Source: Alphaproteobacteria bacterium (GTDB lineage: Bacteria > Pseudomonadota > Alphaproteobacteria > SHVP01). From it: DNA of 64,000 nucleotides. A program made the position numbers and the translations under genes. Positions 1 through 8,716 of this stretch are shown here, piece by piece. The stretch spans positions 29,359-93,358 of the forward strand of contig CANJEJ010000002.1 of NCBI GenBank assembly GCA_947473325.1, given 5' to 3'. Position 1 is the first letter of the stretch; each line of letters opens with the position of its first letter. The notes below the pieces were generated by a model, which saw only the letters and a list, made by a program, of their open reading frames with translations, made no database searches and was not told the origin of the DNA.

Positions 1-1189
1 CGGGCACGATGCCGCCGGTGATAAGCGAATCGATCTCGGCGGCGCTGAAGCCCGCCTCCTGCAACACCTCGCGGCTGTGCTCGCCGAAGCGCGGCGGCGT
101 GCGGCGCAGGCTGGCCGGCGTGCGGCTGAACTTGATCGCCGTGCCGACGCCTTTGTAGTTGCCCTGTTCCAACACCATCTTGCGGTGCTTGGCATGCGGG
201 TGGGTCAGGATGCCCTTCATGTCGAGGATCGGTCCGGCAGGGATGCCTGCGTCGAGGAGCTTGAGGCAGAAGGGTTCGGCATCCTTGTCGGCGAGGTGGC
301 GGACGATTTCGTCGCGTAGCACCTCCTTGTTCTTCAGCCGTTCGGAGTTGGTCAGGAAACGCGGGTCCTTCGCCATCTCCGGCACGCCGAGTTCCTGGCA
401 CAGCTTCAGGAACTGGCCGTCGTTGCCGACCGACAGGTAGACGCCGCCGGTCTTGGTCGGGAAGGCGTCATAGGGCGCGATGTTGGTGTGGGCGTTGCCG
501 ACCAGCACGGGCTTCTTGCCCGACATGAACCAGTTGGCCGCATGCGGGTGCTGCAGCGCGATGCCGGTGTCGAACAGGCTCGCCTCGACCGACTGGCCCT
601 TGCCCGATTTGTGGCGTTCCACCGCGGCCGCGAGAATCGCGTTGACGGCGAACAGGCCGGTGGCGATGTCGACGATGGGAATGCCCAGGCGCACGCCACC
701 CGCGTCCGGCGGACCGTTGACGCTGATCAGGCCGCACATGGCCTGCAGCACGGCGTCATAGCCGGGATAGCCACCCAGCGGCCCGTCGCCGCCGAAGCCA
801 GTGACGCGGCAATGGATGAGGGTGGGAAACTTCTTCGACAGGACCTCGTCATAGCCGAGGCCCCATTTCTCGAGCGAGCCAGTCTTGAAGTTCTCGACCA
901 GCGCATCGGCGCCCTCGAGCAGGCGCAGCAGCACAGCCTTGCCCTCGGGCTTCGCAAGATCGAGCGCCAGGCTTTTCTTGTTGCGGTTCACGCCGACGAA
1001 ATAAGCGGCTTCGCCGTCGGTGTAGGGCGGGCCCCATTCGCGTGTCTCATCGCCCTGCGGCGGTTCGATCTTGATGACCTCGGCGCCAAGGTCGCCAAGC
1101 AGCTGGGTGCAATAGGGGCCGCCCAGCACGCGCGACAGGTCAATGATCTTCCAGCCGGCCAGCGGGCCGACCTTGGCTGCATCCGTCAT
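1..1189 (-). CDS. CoA-transferase family III (CaiB/BaiF-type acyl-CoA transferase); C-terminus runs off window edge
   Basis: Own translation of minus strand from ATG at 1187-1189: MTDAAKVGPLAGWKIIDLSRVLGGPYCTQLLGDLGAEVIKIEPPQGDETREWGPPY..., the typical CaiB N-terminal motif. Frame stays open to position 1, which is why the ORF track does not list it. Confidence 0.8.
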   Translation of the reverse strand, partial: MTDAAKVGPLAGWKIIDLSRVLGGPYCTQLLGDLGAEVIKIEPPQGDETREWGPPYTDGEAAYFVGVNRNKKSLALDLAKPEGKAVLLRLLEGADALVENFKTGSLEKWGLGYDEVLSKKFPTLIHCRVTGFGGDGPLGGYPGYDAVLQAMCGLISVNGPPDAGGVRLGIPIVDIATGLFAVNAILAAAVERHKSGKGQSVEASLFDTGIALQHPHAANWFMSGKKPVLVGNAHTNIAPYDAFPTKTGGVYLSVGNDGQFLKLCQELGVPEMAKDPRFLTNSERLKNKEVLRDEIVRHLADKDAEPFCLKLLDAGIPAGPILDMKGILTHPHAKHRKMVLEQGNYKGVGTAIKFSRTPASLRRTPPRFGEHSREVLQEAGFSAAEIDSLITGGIVP

Positions 1190-1214
1190 CAAAACTCCCT
1201 CTTGGCGGGGCGGG

Positions 1215-1838
1215 TCAGCTCGAGACCGCCATGCCTTTCTGGACGCCAGGCCGGGCGCCCATCGAGGCGACCCAGCGCTGCAAATGGGTAAGCCCGGGGA
1301 TTCCCCCCGGCAGGCGCTGCACCGAGGTGGTTGCGCTCGGATAGGCCACCAGATCGGCAATTGTCATCGACGCGCCGGCCAGATAGGGCACCTCGCCTAG
1401 CCGCTGGTCGAGCACTTTCAGGAAGCGCATGGCGCGCCCCTCGAAGATGTCGATGGCCGACTGTACCTTCTCCTTCGCCGAAATCTTGGTGAAGTACTGC
1501 CCGGCAAAGGCCGGTGCCAGATTGGCGATGACGACCGACAGCCACTTGTAGACCTCAGCGCGGCCGGCGAGATCGGCGGGCATCAGTTTGCCGGTCTTGT
1601 CGGCAAGGTACAGCGCGATCGCGCCGCATTCGAACACGGTCAGCGGCTTCCCGCCCGGTCCGTCGCGATCGACGATCACCGGGCCCATGCCGTTCGGATT
1701 GATCGCCAGGAACTCCGGCTTCAGATGGTCGCCGCCCGGCAGGTTCACCTTGTGCACTGTGTAGGGCAGGCCGAATTCCTCTAGAAGGATCGAGGCTCGC
1801 TGCCCGTTCGATGTCGCCACGGTGTAAAGATCGATCAT
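1215..1838 (-). CDS. glutathione S-transferase
   Basis: ORF 1215..1949 trimmed to internal Met 38 (MIDLYTVATSNG...). GST N-terminal thioredoxin-like fold and C-terminal helical domain signatures. Confidence 0.85.
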   Translation of the reverse strand: MIDLYTVATSNGQRASILLEEFGLPYTVHKVNLPGGDHLKPEFLAINPNGMGPVIVDRDGPGGKPLTVFECGAIALYLADKTGKLMPADLAGRAEVYKWLSVVIANLAPAFAGQYFTKISAKEKVQSAIDIFEGRAMRFLKVLDQRLGEVPYLAGASMTIADLVAYPSATTSVQRLPGGIPGLTHLQRWVASMGARPGVQKGMAVSS

Positions 1839-1845
1839 GGCAGCC

Positions 1846-2481
1846 TCAGCGCATCGGCGGGATGAGCGCCATGCCCTTTTGGATGCCCGGGCGTTCGCCC
1901 ATCTTCGCCATCCAGCCCCGGACGTTGGGATACGGATCAAGCCCGCCATTGGCGAGCCGCGCGCCCGACACTGACATCATCGGATAGAGCAGCACGTCGA
2001 CATAGGAGCACTCGCCGCCCAGCATGTAGGGCATTTCGCCGAGCCGCGCCTCGATGGGACGGATGCAGCGATGTATCTGGCCGACGTAGTATTCCAGCGC
2101 CGTCGGGTTCTCGCCCTTCAGCCGCGACGTGATGTAGAACTGGGCGCTGAAGGCGGGCGCGAGATTTGCCGTGATGTGGGTCGCCCATTCGGCTGCCACG
2201 GTGCGCGCGGCGAGATCCTTCGGCATCAGCTTGCCCGACTTCTCGGCCAGGTATTGCGCGATCACCTGCGTCTCGAACACCGACAGCGGCTTGCCGCCCG
2301 GGCCGTCGTTGTCGACGATGGCCGGGATCTTGCCGATCGGGTTGACCTTCAGGAAGTCGGCCGTCTGGTGCGCGCCCTTCGCCATGTCGACGTAGTGGAA
2401 GCGATAGGGCAGCCCGGTTTCCTCCAGCATCAGCGCAACCTTGTGGCCGTTCGCCGTGCCGTAGCCGTAGAAGTCGATCAT
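1846..2481 (-). CDS. glutathione S-transferase (paralog of 1215..1838)
   Basis: ORF 1846..2496 trimmed to Met 6 (MIDFYGYGTANGHKV...). Clear similarity to the downstream GST. Stop lies 8 nt from the next start. Confidence 0.85.
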   Translation of the reverse strand: MIDFYGYGTANGHKVALMLEETGLPYRFHYVDMAKGAHQTADFLKVNPIGKIPAIVDNDGPGGKPLSVFETQVIAQYLAEKSGKLMPKDLAARTVAAEWATHITANLAPAFSAQFYITSRLKGENPTALEYYVGQIHRCIRPIEARLGEMPYMLGGECSYVDVLLYPMMSVSGARLANGGLDPYPNVRGWMAKMGERPGIQKGMALIPPMR

Positions 2482-2533
2482 TCTGCACTCCCCCAAACGG
2501 ACCGCTGAATGGCGGCCCGTCCTGTTTTTCTTG

Positions 2534-3241
2534 TTATTCGGCGGCCTTGGCGACCGCGCGGGCCGGCAGCGCTGCCAGCTTCTGCATCACCTCGGCCGTC
2601 GTCATCACGTCGGCATACTTCTCCGACATGTCGAACAGGTTCACCGCATGCGAGACCCTGCTGCGGTCATAGACGGCGTCCTGCGGCACGGTGACCCGCC
2701 AGTTGTAGGCAAAGGCGTCGACCACCGATCCGCGCACGCAGCCCGACGTGCTGCAGCCGGTGACGATCAGCGTGTCCGCTTCCGAATCGACAAGGTAGGA
2801 GGCGAGCGGCGTGCCGAAGAAGGCGCTCGGGTGACGCTTCGGCAGCAGGATGTCGGTTTCGCGCGGCGCGATCTGGGGCGGGAACTCATAGCCCTTCGCG
2901 GCCACCGTCATGATGGCCGGCACCTTGGCGGCGAGGCGTCCCTGGTCGTAGGACTGCTTCGGCGCGACATGCGGATAGAGCACCGGCCAGCCCTTTTCGC
3001 GGAACAGCTTGAGCAGGACCTCGATGTTCTTCACCGCGTCCCAGGCAATCTCGCCGCAGCTCGTCGGAAATTCCTTGATCGCCTCGTAGAAGGGCTTTGG
3101 CGTGGTGCCGGTGGTGCGGTACTGCACGTCGATGATCAGCAGGGCGGGGCGCTTGCCCATGCCGGTCGGGCGGCCGAAGCCGGCCGCGCGATAGGCCTTC
3201 TGTTCCTCTTCGCTGATGATTCCGTCCCAGGGCTTGGCCAT
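2534..3241 (-). CDS. isochorismatase-family cysteine hydrolase (N-carbamoylsarcosine amidase-like)
   Basis: 235 aa. LLIIDVQ... and TGCSTSGCVRGS motifs typical of the isochorismatase-like fold. Confidence 0.8.
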   Translation of the reverse strand: MAKPWDGIISEEEQKAYRAAGFGRPTGMGKRPALLIIDVQYRTTGTTPKPFYEAIKEFPTSCGEIAWDAVKNIEVLLKLFREKGWPVLYPHVAPKQSYDQGRLAAKVPAIMTVAAKGYEFPPQIAPRETDILLPKRHPSAFFGTPLASYLVDSEADTLIVTGCSTSGCVRGSVVDAFAYNWRVTVPQDAVYDRSRVSHAVNLFDMSEKYADVMTTAEVMQKLAALPARAVAKAAE

Positions 3242-3270
3242 GGCTGTCTCCTGATGCTGACGCCGTAATC

Positions 3271-4143
3271 CTACTTCGCGGCGTATTTCTTTTCGATGGC
3301 GTCGAAGGCCGCCTTGTTGACGATCTCCTGGCGCTCGCCGAAGCCGATCAGCTGGTCCTCGAAGCCGGTGGTCGAGCCGTGCGTCTTCAGGTGCTGCAGC
3401 GTCTTCTTCAGCGCCAGCATCGCCGCCTGCATCGGCGCGTTGGCGTAAATCACAACGCCATAGCCCATCTTCTCGAGGTCGGCGCGCTCCACAATGGGGG
3501 TCTTCCCGCCATGAACCATATTGATGAGCTGCGGCACCTTCAGCTGCTTCGGAATGGCGCGGATTTCATCCAGCCCCTCCGGCGCCTCTACGAAGGTGAC
3601 GTCGGCGCCCGCCTCGATGAAGGCCTGGGCGCGATCCATGGCGGCGTTGAAGCCGTGGACGGCGCGCGCGTCGGTGCGGGCGACGATGACGAAGTCCTGG
3701 TCGCGGCGCGCATCGACGGCGGCGCGAATCTTCTGCGCCGCCTCTTCCATCGAGATCACGTCCTTGCCGGCAAAGTGGCCGCACTTCTTCGGGAAGACCT
3801 GGTCTTCCAGCTGGATGCCGTTGGCGCCGGCGCGTTCCAGCACCCTGACGGTGCGGGTGACGTTCACGGCGTTGCCGAAGCCGGTGTCGCCGTCAGCGAC
3901 GATGGGCAGGCTAGTGACATCGCGCATGGCCGAAACGTTGTCGGCGAGTTCCGACAGGCTGATGAGCCCCAGGTCTGGAATGCCGAGATAGGTGTTGGTC
4001 ACGCCCGCACCGGTGACATAGATGCCCTCGAAGCCGGCATCCTCGATCATCTTGGCGGTCAGCGCGTTGGGCGCGCCGGGCAGCAGCACGGCCTTGCGGC
4101 GGTTGAAAAGGTTCTTCAGCGTCTTGTTGAGGCTGTCCGCCAT
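3271..4143 (-). CDS. isocitrate lyase/PEP mutase superfamily enzyme (2-methylisocitrate lyase / carboxyvinyl-carboxyphosphonate phosphorylmutase-like)
   Basis: ORF 3271..4185, ATG Met 15 chosen as start. KKCGH catalytic motif, DGDTGFG and EDQ motifs of the ICL/PEPM family. Confidence 0.8.
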   Translation of the reverse strand: MADSLNKTLKNLFNRRKAVLLPGAPNALTAKMIEDAGFEGIYVTGAGVTNTYLGIPDLGLISLSELADNVSAMRDVTSLPIVADGDTGFGNAVNVTRTVRVLERAGANGIQLEDQVFPKKCGHFAGKDVISMEEAAQKIRAAVDARRDQDFVIVARTDARAVHGFNAAMDRAQAFIEAGADVTFVEAPEGLDEIRAIPKQLKVPQLINMVHGGKTPIVERADLEKMGYGVVIYANAPMQAAMLALKKTLQHLKTHGSTTGFEDQLIGFGERQEIVNKAAFDAIEKKYAAK

Positions 4144-4312
4144 CGGGAAGGGCTCCGGCAGGGCTGTCTTTCGGGAAGGCGGCACCTTACCGGGACTCGC
4201 GCAGGCGGAACAAGCGGCTCTGCCCGGGACTGCGAACGGTCCTCATGGGGGTCGCCCTCGGCGGTGCAAACGCCTACATTTCCGCCATACCCGGAAACGA
4301 AGGACCCGCCCC

Positions 4313-4558
4313 ATGGCCGAACCGCAAGGCGCCTGGCCCGTCTGGCACGATCCCGCGGGCAAGCCGCTGTCGTGCCGCGACAAGATCAAGGTGCTCAACG
4401 AGAATCTCGACGAGATCAAGGGCATGGCCCAGGACGCGCTTGAGGACGCCATCCTGATGGGCGCCGACGAGGCGCAGATTCGCGCCACGCTGGCCAGGCT
4501 GGTCGACGGTCTCGTCAATCCCTACCGCGACCGCATGAGGAAGGGGCAGGCCTCGTGA
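4313..4558 (+). CDS. small hypothetical protein (81 aa), translationally coupled to the downstream hydratase
   Basis: Internal Met 98 of ORF 4022..4558 preceded by a GAAGGA-like SD. Its stop overlaps the GTG start of the next gene (GTGA). Confidence 0.4.
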   Translation: MAEPQGAWPVWHDPAGKPLSCRDKIKVLNENLDEIKGMAQDALEDAILMGADEAQIRATLARLVDGLVNPYRDRMRKGQAS

Positions 4559-5322
4559 CCGGCCTCGCCCGTGCCCTGTGGGACGCGCGCGTCGCCGGCC
4601 GCGCGATCGCCCTGACGCCCGCCGAAAAGCCGCAAAGCGAAGCGGACGGCTACCGGTTGCAGGCCGAGATGATCGCACTGGCTTCGGGCGCGCTGCGCGG
4701 CTGGAAGCTCGGTGCGACCAGCGCGGTGGCGCAGGCCAATCTCAAGACCGCCCAGCCCTTCTACGGTCCGCTGATCGACCGCTTCTGTCATGGCAACGCG
4801 GCATCCGTGCCGGCCCCTGCCGCCTTCACGCCAGGCATCGAGGTGGAATTTGCCCTGGAACTGGGCAGCGACATCGCGCCGCGTGCCCGGCCCTATTCGG
4901 GCAAGGAACTTGACGACGCGGTCGCCGCAGCGATTCCGGCGCTGGAATTTGCCGGTTCGCGCGCGGCGGGCGGCATCCCGGCCGCGGGCGTCTGCACGCT
5001 GATCGCCGACTCAGGCGGCAATGTCGCCTTCGTGGCAGGCCCGCGTGTCACCGACTGGCGCCGCTTCGATCTGGCCGTCCAGGCTTGCCGCCTGCGGGTC
5101 AATGGCGAGGAAAAGGCGGCGGGAACCGGCGCCTTGGCGCTTGGTCATCCGCTCGAGGCGCTGGCCTGGTTCGTCAACGCGATGGGCAAGGCGGGCCAGA
5201 CGATGAAAAAGGGCTGGGTCATATCGACCGGCACCTGTACCGGCTTCGTGCCGGTGCAATCCGGTGACCGGCTGGAAGGCGACTTCGGCGATCTCGGACG
5301 CGTCAGCGCAACGGTGGCATGA
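4555..5322 (+). CDS. 2-keto-4-pentenoate / 2-oxohepta-3-ene-1,7-dioate hydratase family (MhpD/HpcG, FAH fold)
   Basis: 255 aa. Pattern GYRLQAE...GWKLG...; typical length and motifs of hydratase-decarboxylase family enzymes. Confidence 0.7.
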   Translation: MTGLARALWDARVAGRAIALTPAEKPQSEADGYRLQAEMIALASGALRGWKLGATSAVAQANLKTAQPFYGPLIDRFCHGNAASVPAPAAFTPGIEVEFALELGSDIAPRARPYSGKELDDAVAAAIPALEFAGSRAAGGIPAAGVCTLIADSGGNVAFVAGPRVTDWRRFDLAVQACRLRVNGEEKAAGTGALALGHPLEALAWFVNAMGKAGQTMKKGWVISTGTCTGFVPVQSGDRLEGDFGDLGRVSATVA

Positions 5323-6053
5323 CCATGGCAAACATGAAACGCAGTGCCTGCATCGTCGGTGCCGGTGGCGGCATCGGCCGCGCCACCGCCGCGGCCTTTC
5401 ACGCCGCGGGCTATGGCCCGTTGCTGCTGATGGATTTGCCGGGCGCGGATCTCGACCGCGCGGCGGCGGAAAGCGGCGCCACGCCGATTGCCATCGATCT
5501 GCGCGATCCCGCGCGCATCAAGGCGGCCTTCGACGCCGGGCGGAAGCTGACGCCGAAACTTGACGCCCTGGTGCTGGTCTCCGGCATTGTCGAGAACCAC
5601 AACGTCGCCAGCATGACGCCCGAACTCTGGGCCAACATCCTCGCCGTCAACCTGACGGGGCCGTTCACCTGCGTGCAGACGGCCGACAGCTGGCTCGCCG
5701 ATGGCGGCCGCGTCGTGCTGCTGGGTTCGCTGGCGGGTCGGCAGGCGGGCGGCGTCACCGGACCGGCCTATGCCGCGTCGAAGGGGGGCATCGAAGGGCT
5801 GACCAAGAATTTCGCGCGTTATTTCGTGCCGCGCCGCATCACCGTGAACACGGTGGCGCCGGGCCCGATCGACACGCCGATGCTCGACGCCCATCCGCCG
5901 GAACGGATGAAAGTGCTGGCCGATTCGATTCCCTTCGGCCGCCTGGGGCGGCCGGAAGAAGTGGCCGCGCTGGTGCAATTTCTCTGCTCGCCCGAAGCGG
6001 GCTATATCACGGGCTGCATCCTGCCGATCAACGGCGGGTTGCGGATGGAATAG
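5319..6053 (+). CDS. SDR-family oxidoreductase
   Basis: 244 aa. N-terminal GAGGGIGRA Rossmann motif, YxxxK (YAASK) catalytic motif. Overlaps the upstream gene by 4 nt. Confidence 0.85.
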   Translation: MTMANMKRSACIVGAGGGIGRATAAAFHAAGYGPLLLMDLPGADLDRAAAESGATPIAIDLRDPARIKAAFDAGRKLTPKLDALVLVSGIVENHNVASMTPELWANILAVNLTGPFTCVQTADSWLADGGRVVLLGSLAGRQAGGVTGPAYAASKGGIEGLTKNFARYFVPRRITVNTVAPGPIDTPMLDAHPPERMKVLADSIPFGRLGRPEEVAALVQFLCSPEAGYITGCILPINGGLRME

Positions 6054-6074
6054 CCTCGAGTTCAAGGACCACAC

Positions 6075-6866
6075 ATGCTTGTCGAGCAAATCTGGACGAA
6101 CAACCAGTACCGCAACTTCAACTATCTCGTGGCCTGCCCGGAAACCGGCGAGGCACTCGCGATCGATCCGCTGGAACACGCGATGTGCCTGAAGATCGCG
6201 AAAGAGAAGGGCTGGCAGATCACCCAGATTCTCAACACGCATGAGCACAGCGACCACACCGGCGGCAACGCAGCGGTGGTGGCGGCGACGGGCGCCAAGG
6301 TGCTGGCGCACAAGGGCGCTCGGGACAAGATCGCCGGAATGGACCGCGGCCTCTCGGCGGGCGACATCATCAAGGTCGGCAAGACGGTGGAGCTCGAGGC
6401 GCTCGACACGCCGGGCCACACGATGAGCCATATCTGCCTGCGTTCGCACACCGACACGCCGTGCCTGTTCTGCGGCGACACGCTGTTCAACGCCGGTGCC
6501 GGCAACTGCAAGGGCGGCGGCGACGCGGTGTCGCTCTATGCCACCTTTACCAGGCAGCTCGCGATGCTGCCGGAAAACACGATCGTCTACCCGGGGCACG
6601 ACTACATCGTGAACAACCTCGGCTTCACGCTCAACCGCGAGCCGGACAACGAGGCGGCGAAGGAGCTGATGGCGCAGGTGAAGGACGAAGACCCCGCCAA
6701 CCGCCGTCCGACCACGATTTCCGAGGAGAAGGAGATCAACACCTTCTTCCGCCTGCACAGCCCGAGCGTGATCGACGAGCTGCGCGTGTCCTTTCCCGAC
6801 CTGCCGAAGGAGCCGGACGCGCAGACGGTGTTCGTGAAGCTGCGCGAGCTGCGCAACAGCTGGTAG
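6075..6866 (+). CDS. MBL-fold metallo-hydrolase (hydroxyacylglutathione hydrolase/GloB-like)
   Basis: 263 aa. HEHSDH metal-binding motif, DTPGHT, GDTLF motifs. Confidence 0.8.
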   Translation: MLVEQIWTNNQYRNFNYLVACPETGEALAIDPLEHAMCLKIAKEKGWQITQILNTHEHSDHTGGNAAVVAATGAKVLAHKGARDKIAGMDRGLSAGDIIKVGKTVELEALDTPGHTMSHICLRSHTDTPCLFCGDTLFNAGAGNCKGGGDAVSLYATFTRQLAMLPENTIVYPGHDYIVNNLGFTLNREPDNEAAKELMAQVKDEDPANRRPTTISEEKEINTFFRLHSPSVIDELRVSFPDLPKEPDAQTVFVKLRELRNSW

Positions 6867-6872
6867 GCAGCG

Positions 6873-7268
6873 CTAGAGGGGACGGTGATCCGTCCCCTCG
6901 CCGAAGGTGACGGCGAGCAGCGTGCCGGGTATGCGGACCTTGCCAGTGTGCCAGGTGTTGCGCGGCACGATGGTGCTTTCGCCCTCGTTCAGCGCCACTT
7001 CGCGCCGCGTCGATCCCTCGTCCAGGATCAGCGTCATCGCGCCCTTCAGCATGATCAGGATTTCCTCGCCCTTGGGATGGCGCTCCCAGTTGGCCCAGTC
7101 TTCGGCCTGGGGAAAGGCCGTCATCAGCCAGCCGCCGATCTCGCGCGTGCCCGCCATCACCTCGGGCCAGAAGGATTCCGTTACCGGAATCGCCGTGGCG
7201 GCATTGCCGTCGATGTTGATGTAGGTGGTCGTGGGATTGTAGGCGGGCGCGGGCTTGGCTTTGGCCAT
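6873..7268 (-). CDS. cupin-domain protein
   Basis: 131 aa, compact beta-barrel cupin-like sequence. Assigned by composition and size only. Confidence 0.6.
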   Translation of the reverse strand: MAKAKPAPAYNPTTTYINIDGNAATAIPVTESFWPEVMAGTREIGGWLMTAFPQAEDWANWERHPKGEEILIMLKGAMTLILDEGSTRREVALNEGESTIVPRNTWHTGKVRIPGTLLAVTFGEGTDHRPL

Positions 7269-7321
7269 ATCGACCTCCGGAATGGGTGTTCCGGTGTGAC
7301 CTAGAGCGGCCGTCTCGTCAA

Positions 7322-7409
7322 TTGGTCGCGCGAAGGCGCGCGTTCAGTTGGCCGCGCGAAGGCGCGCGTTCAGTTGGCCGCGCGAAGGCGCGCGTTCAGT
7401 TGGCCGCGT
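7322..7409. repeat. tandem direct repeat, 3 full + 1 partial copy of a 26-bp unit TTGGCCGCGCGAAGGCGCGCGTTCAG, each unit containing a CGCGCG-GAAG-CGCGCG hairpin
   Basis: Read directly. Copies at ~7322-7347, 7348-7373, 7374-7399, partial 7400-7409. The stop codon of the minus-strand gene 7396..7848 lies inside the third copy. Confidence 0.85.
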
Positions 7410-7848
7410 CGCGCAGACGGCGAAGCGCGTCACGCATCCGGGCCTGGAAGCCGGCGGCTTCCTTCTTGTCGTCGTCGGTGCGGGTGGCGAAGCCGGCCAT
7501 GCCGGCCAGGCGGGTGCCGAGGGTGTCGAACTCGTCGGCCATCTTCTTCAGCTGGATGCGGTCGGTGGCCGAGCCAGCGGCGTCGCTCAGTGTGTCCATC
7601 GCACTGATCGCGCCATTCATCAGGGACTTCACGCCGGTGAAGGTGAGCTGGCCGCGGCCGAGCAGGAGCAGCTTGGATGCAGCCTCGGCCAGGCCGGTCA
7701 GGCGGTCGCGGGCAAAGTTCAGGCCGGCGGCGGCGGCGCTCGCCTTCATGCGGCGGACGTCGGCAATGACGCCGTTCAGCGCGCGGCTCTGATCGCCAGT
7801 CGGCAGGACCGACGGCGGGGCTGTGGAAGCGCTTTGAACGGCAAGCAT
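7396..7848 (-). CDS. hypothetical Ala-rich protein (150 aa)
   Basis: More protein-like composition than the overlapping plus-strand ORFs, which are Arg/Ser-rich and would translate the tandem repeat. No recognisable domain. Confidence 0.4.
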   Translation of the reverse strand: MLAVQSASTAPPSVLPTGDQSRALNGVIADVRRMKASAAAAGLNFARDRLTGLAEAASKLLLLGRGQLTFTGVKSLMNGAISAMDTLSDAAGSATDRIQLKKMADEFDTLGTRLAGMAGFATRTDDDKKEAAGFQARMRDALRRLRDAAN

Positions 7849-7950
7849 GGCGTCAGCCTGGGCCCCGGGTGGTTAACAAAGGATGAATGACCGGCCGGGC
7901 GCGGGCCCTTAGAGTAGCGCCGCCCGAGAACAGACGCTGCCGGAACCGCT

Positions 7951-8625
7951 TTGCCCATGGCCAAGAAATCGCCGACGCCGCGCAAGCGCCTGCCCCAGGC
8001 CGAGCGCGAGGCGCAGATCATCCGCGACGCCATCCCCTTCTTCGCCAGCCGGGGCTTCAACGGCACGACGCGCGAGCTGGCCGACCATCTCGGCATCCAC
8101 CAGTCGCTGCTCTACCAGTATTTTCCCAGCAAGGACGCGCTGATCGACCGCCTGTATCGCGAGATCATCCTGGGCCGCTGGAAACGGGAATGGGAAGACT
8201 GGCTGCGCGACCGCGACACGCCGCTGAAGGACCGGCTGGAACGCTTTCTCCGCGCCTTCACCGACGGCATCTTCAGCTACGACTACATGCGCTTCTTCTT
8301 CCTGGCCTGGATGGACCGGCCCTATGCACGCGACCACTACAACAACCCGACCCAGGCGCGTGTGTTCCGCATCATCAGCAGCGAGTTGCGCCATGTTTCC
8401 GGCCTGCCCGGCCATGAAGCCTGGCCGATGAGTGTCGCCGAGCTGGAGATGCACCACGCCTTCCAGAGCAGCATCTTCTACTACGGCGTCCGCCAGTTCA
8501 TTTTCGGCGTCTCGCCGCGCATACCGCGCGATGAATTCATCACCCAGCAGGTCAAGCTTTTCCTGGCCGGTGCGCCGGAACAGCTGCGGGAAATGGCGAG
8601 GCTGCAGAAAGCGCCGATTGCCTGA
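7951..8625 (+). CDS. TetR/AcrR-family transcriptional regulator
   Basis: 224 aa. N-terminal HTH (TRELADHLGIHQSLLYQYFPSKDAL) matches the TetR signature. Confidence 0.85.
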   Translation: MPMAKKSPTPRKRLPQAEREAQIIRDAIPFFASRGFNGTTRELADHLGIHQSLLYQYFPSKDALIDRLYREIILGRWKREWEDWLRDRDTPLKDRLERFLRAFTDGIFSYDYMRFFFLAWMDRPYARDHYNNPTQARVFRIISSELRHVSGLPGHEAWPMSVAELEMHHAFQSSIFYYGVRQFIFGVSPRIPRDEFITQQVKLFLAGAPEQLREMARLQKAPIA

Positions 8626-8684
8626 GGATTGGCACGCTCTCCGGCGGTGCGCTTGACTCCCCGCGCGATTGCGGTCACCTTCAA

Positions 8685-8700
8685 CTAGTCAATTGACTAG
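8685..8700. promoter_or_regulatory. perfect 16-bp palindrome CTAGTCAATTGACTAG; candidate TetR operator, 17 nt upstream of the monooxygenase start
   Basis: Read directly. Lies between the tetR stop (8625) and the oxygenase ATG (8717). Contains a TTGACT hexamer. Confidence 0.5.
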
Positions 8701-8716
8701 GAAGATTGGGCCGACG

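Noticed and set aside
5145-6758. Long antisense ORFs (examples: 5145..6758 -, 12433..14007 +, 18903..20237 +, 27916..29235 -, 31026..33134 -, 33733..35274 +, 39181..40305 -, 45866..47821 -, 48785..50155 -, 54729..56195 +, 56951..58060 +, 59323..61206 -, 61746..63143 +)
   Set aside because: They are Arg/Ala/Gly-rich shadow ORFs typical of a 68% GC genome. Each lies opposite a gene with clear family motifs, and none has a recognisable domain.
7286-7890. Plus-strand ORFs 7286..7792, 7348..7890 and 7374..7607 spanning the 26-bp tandem repeat
   Set aside because: They would encode iterated AARRRAFSWPREGARSVGR peptides derived from the DNA repeat, and their composition is not protein-like. The minus-strand ORF 7396..7848 is the more plausible gene.
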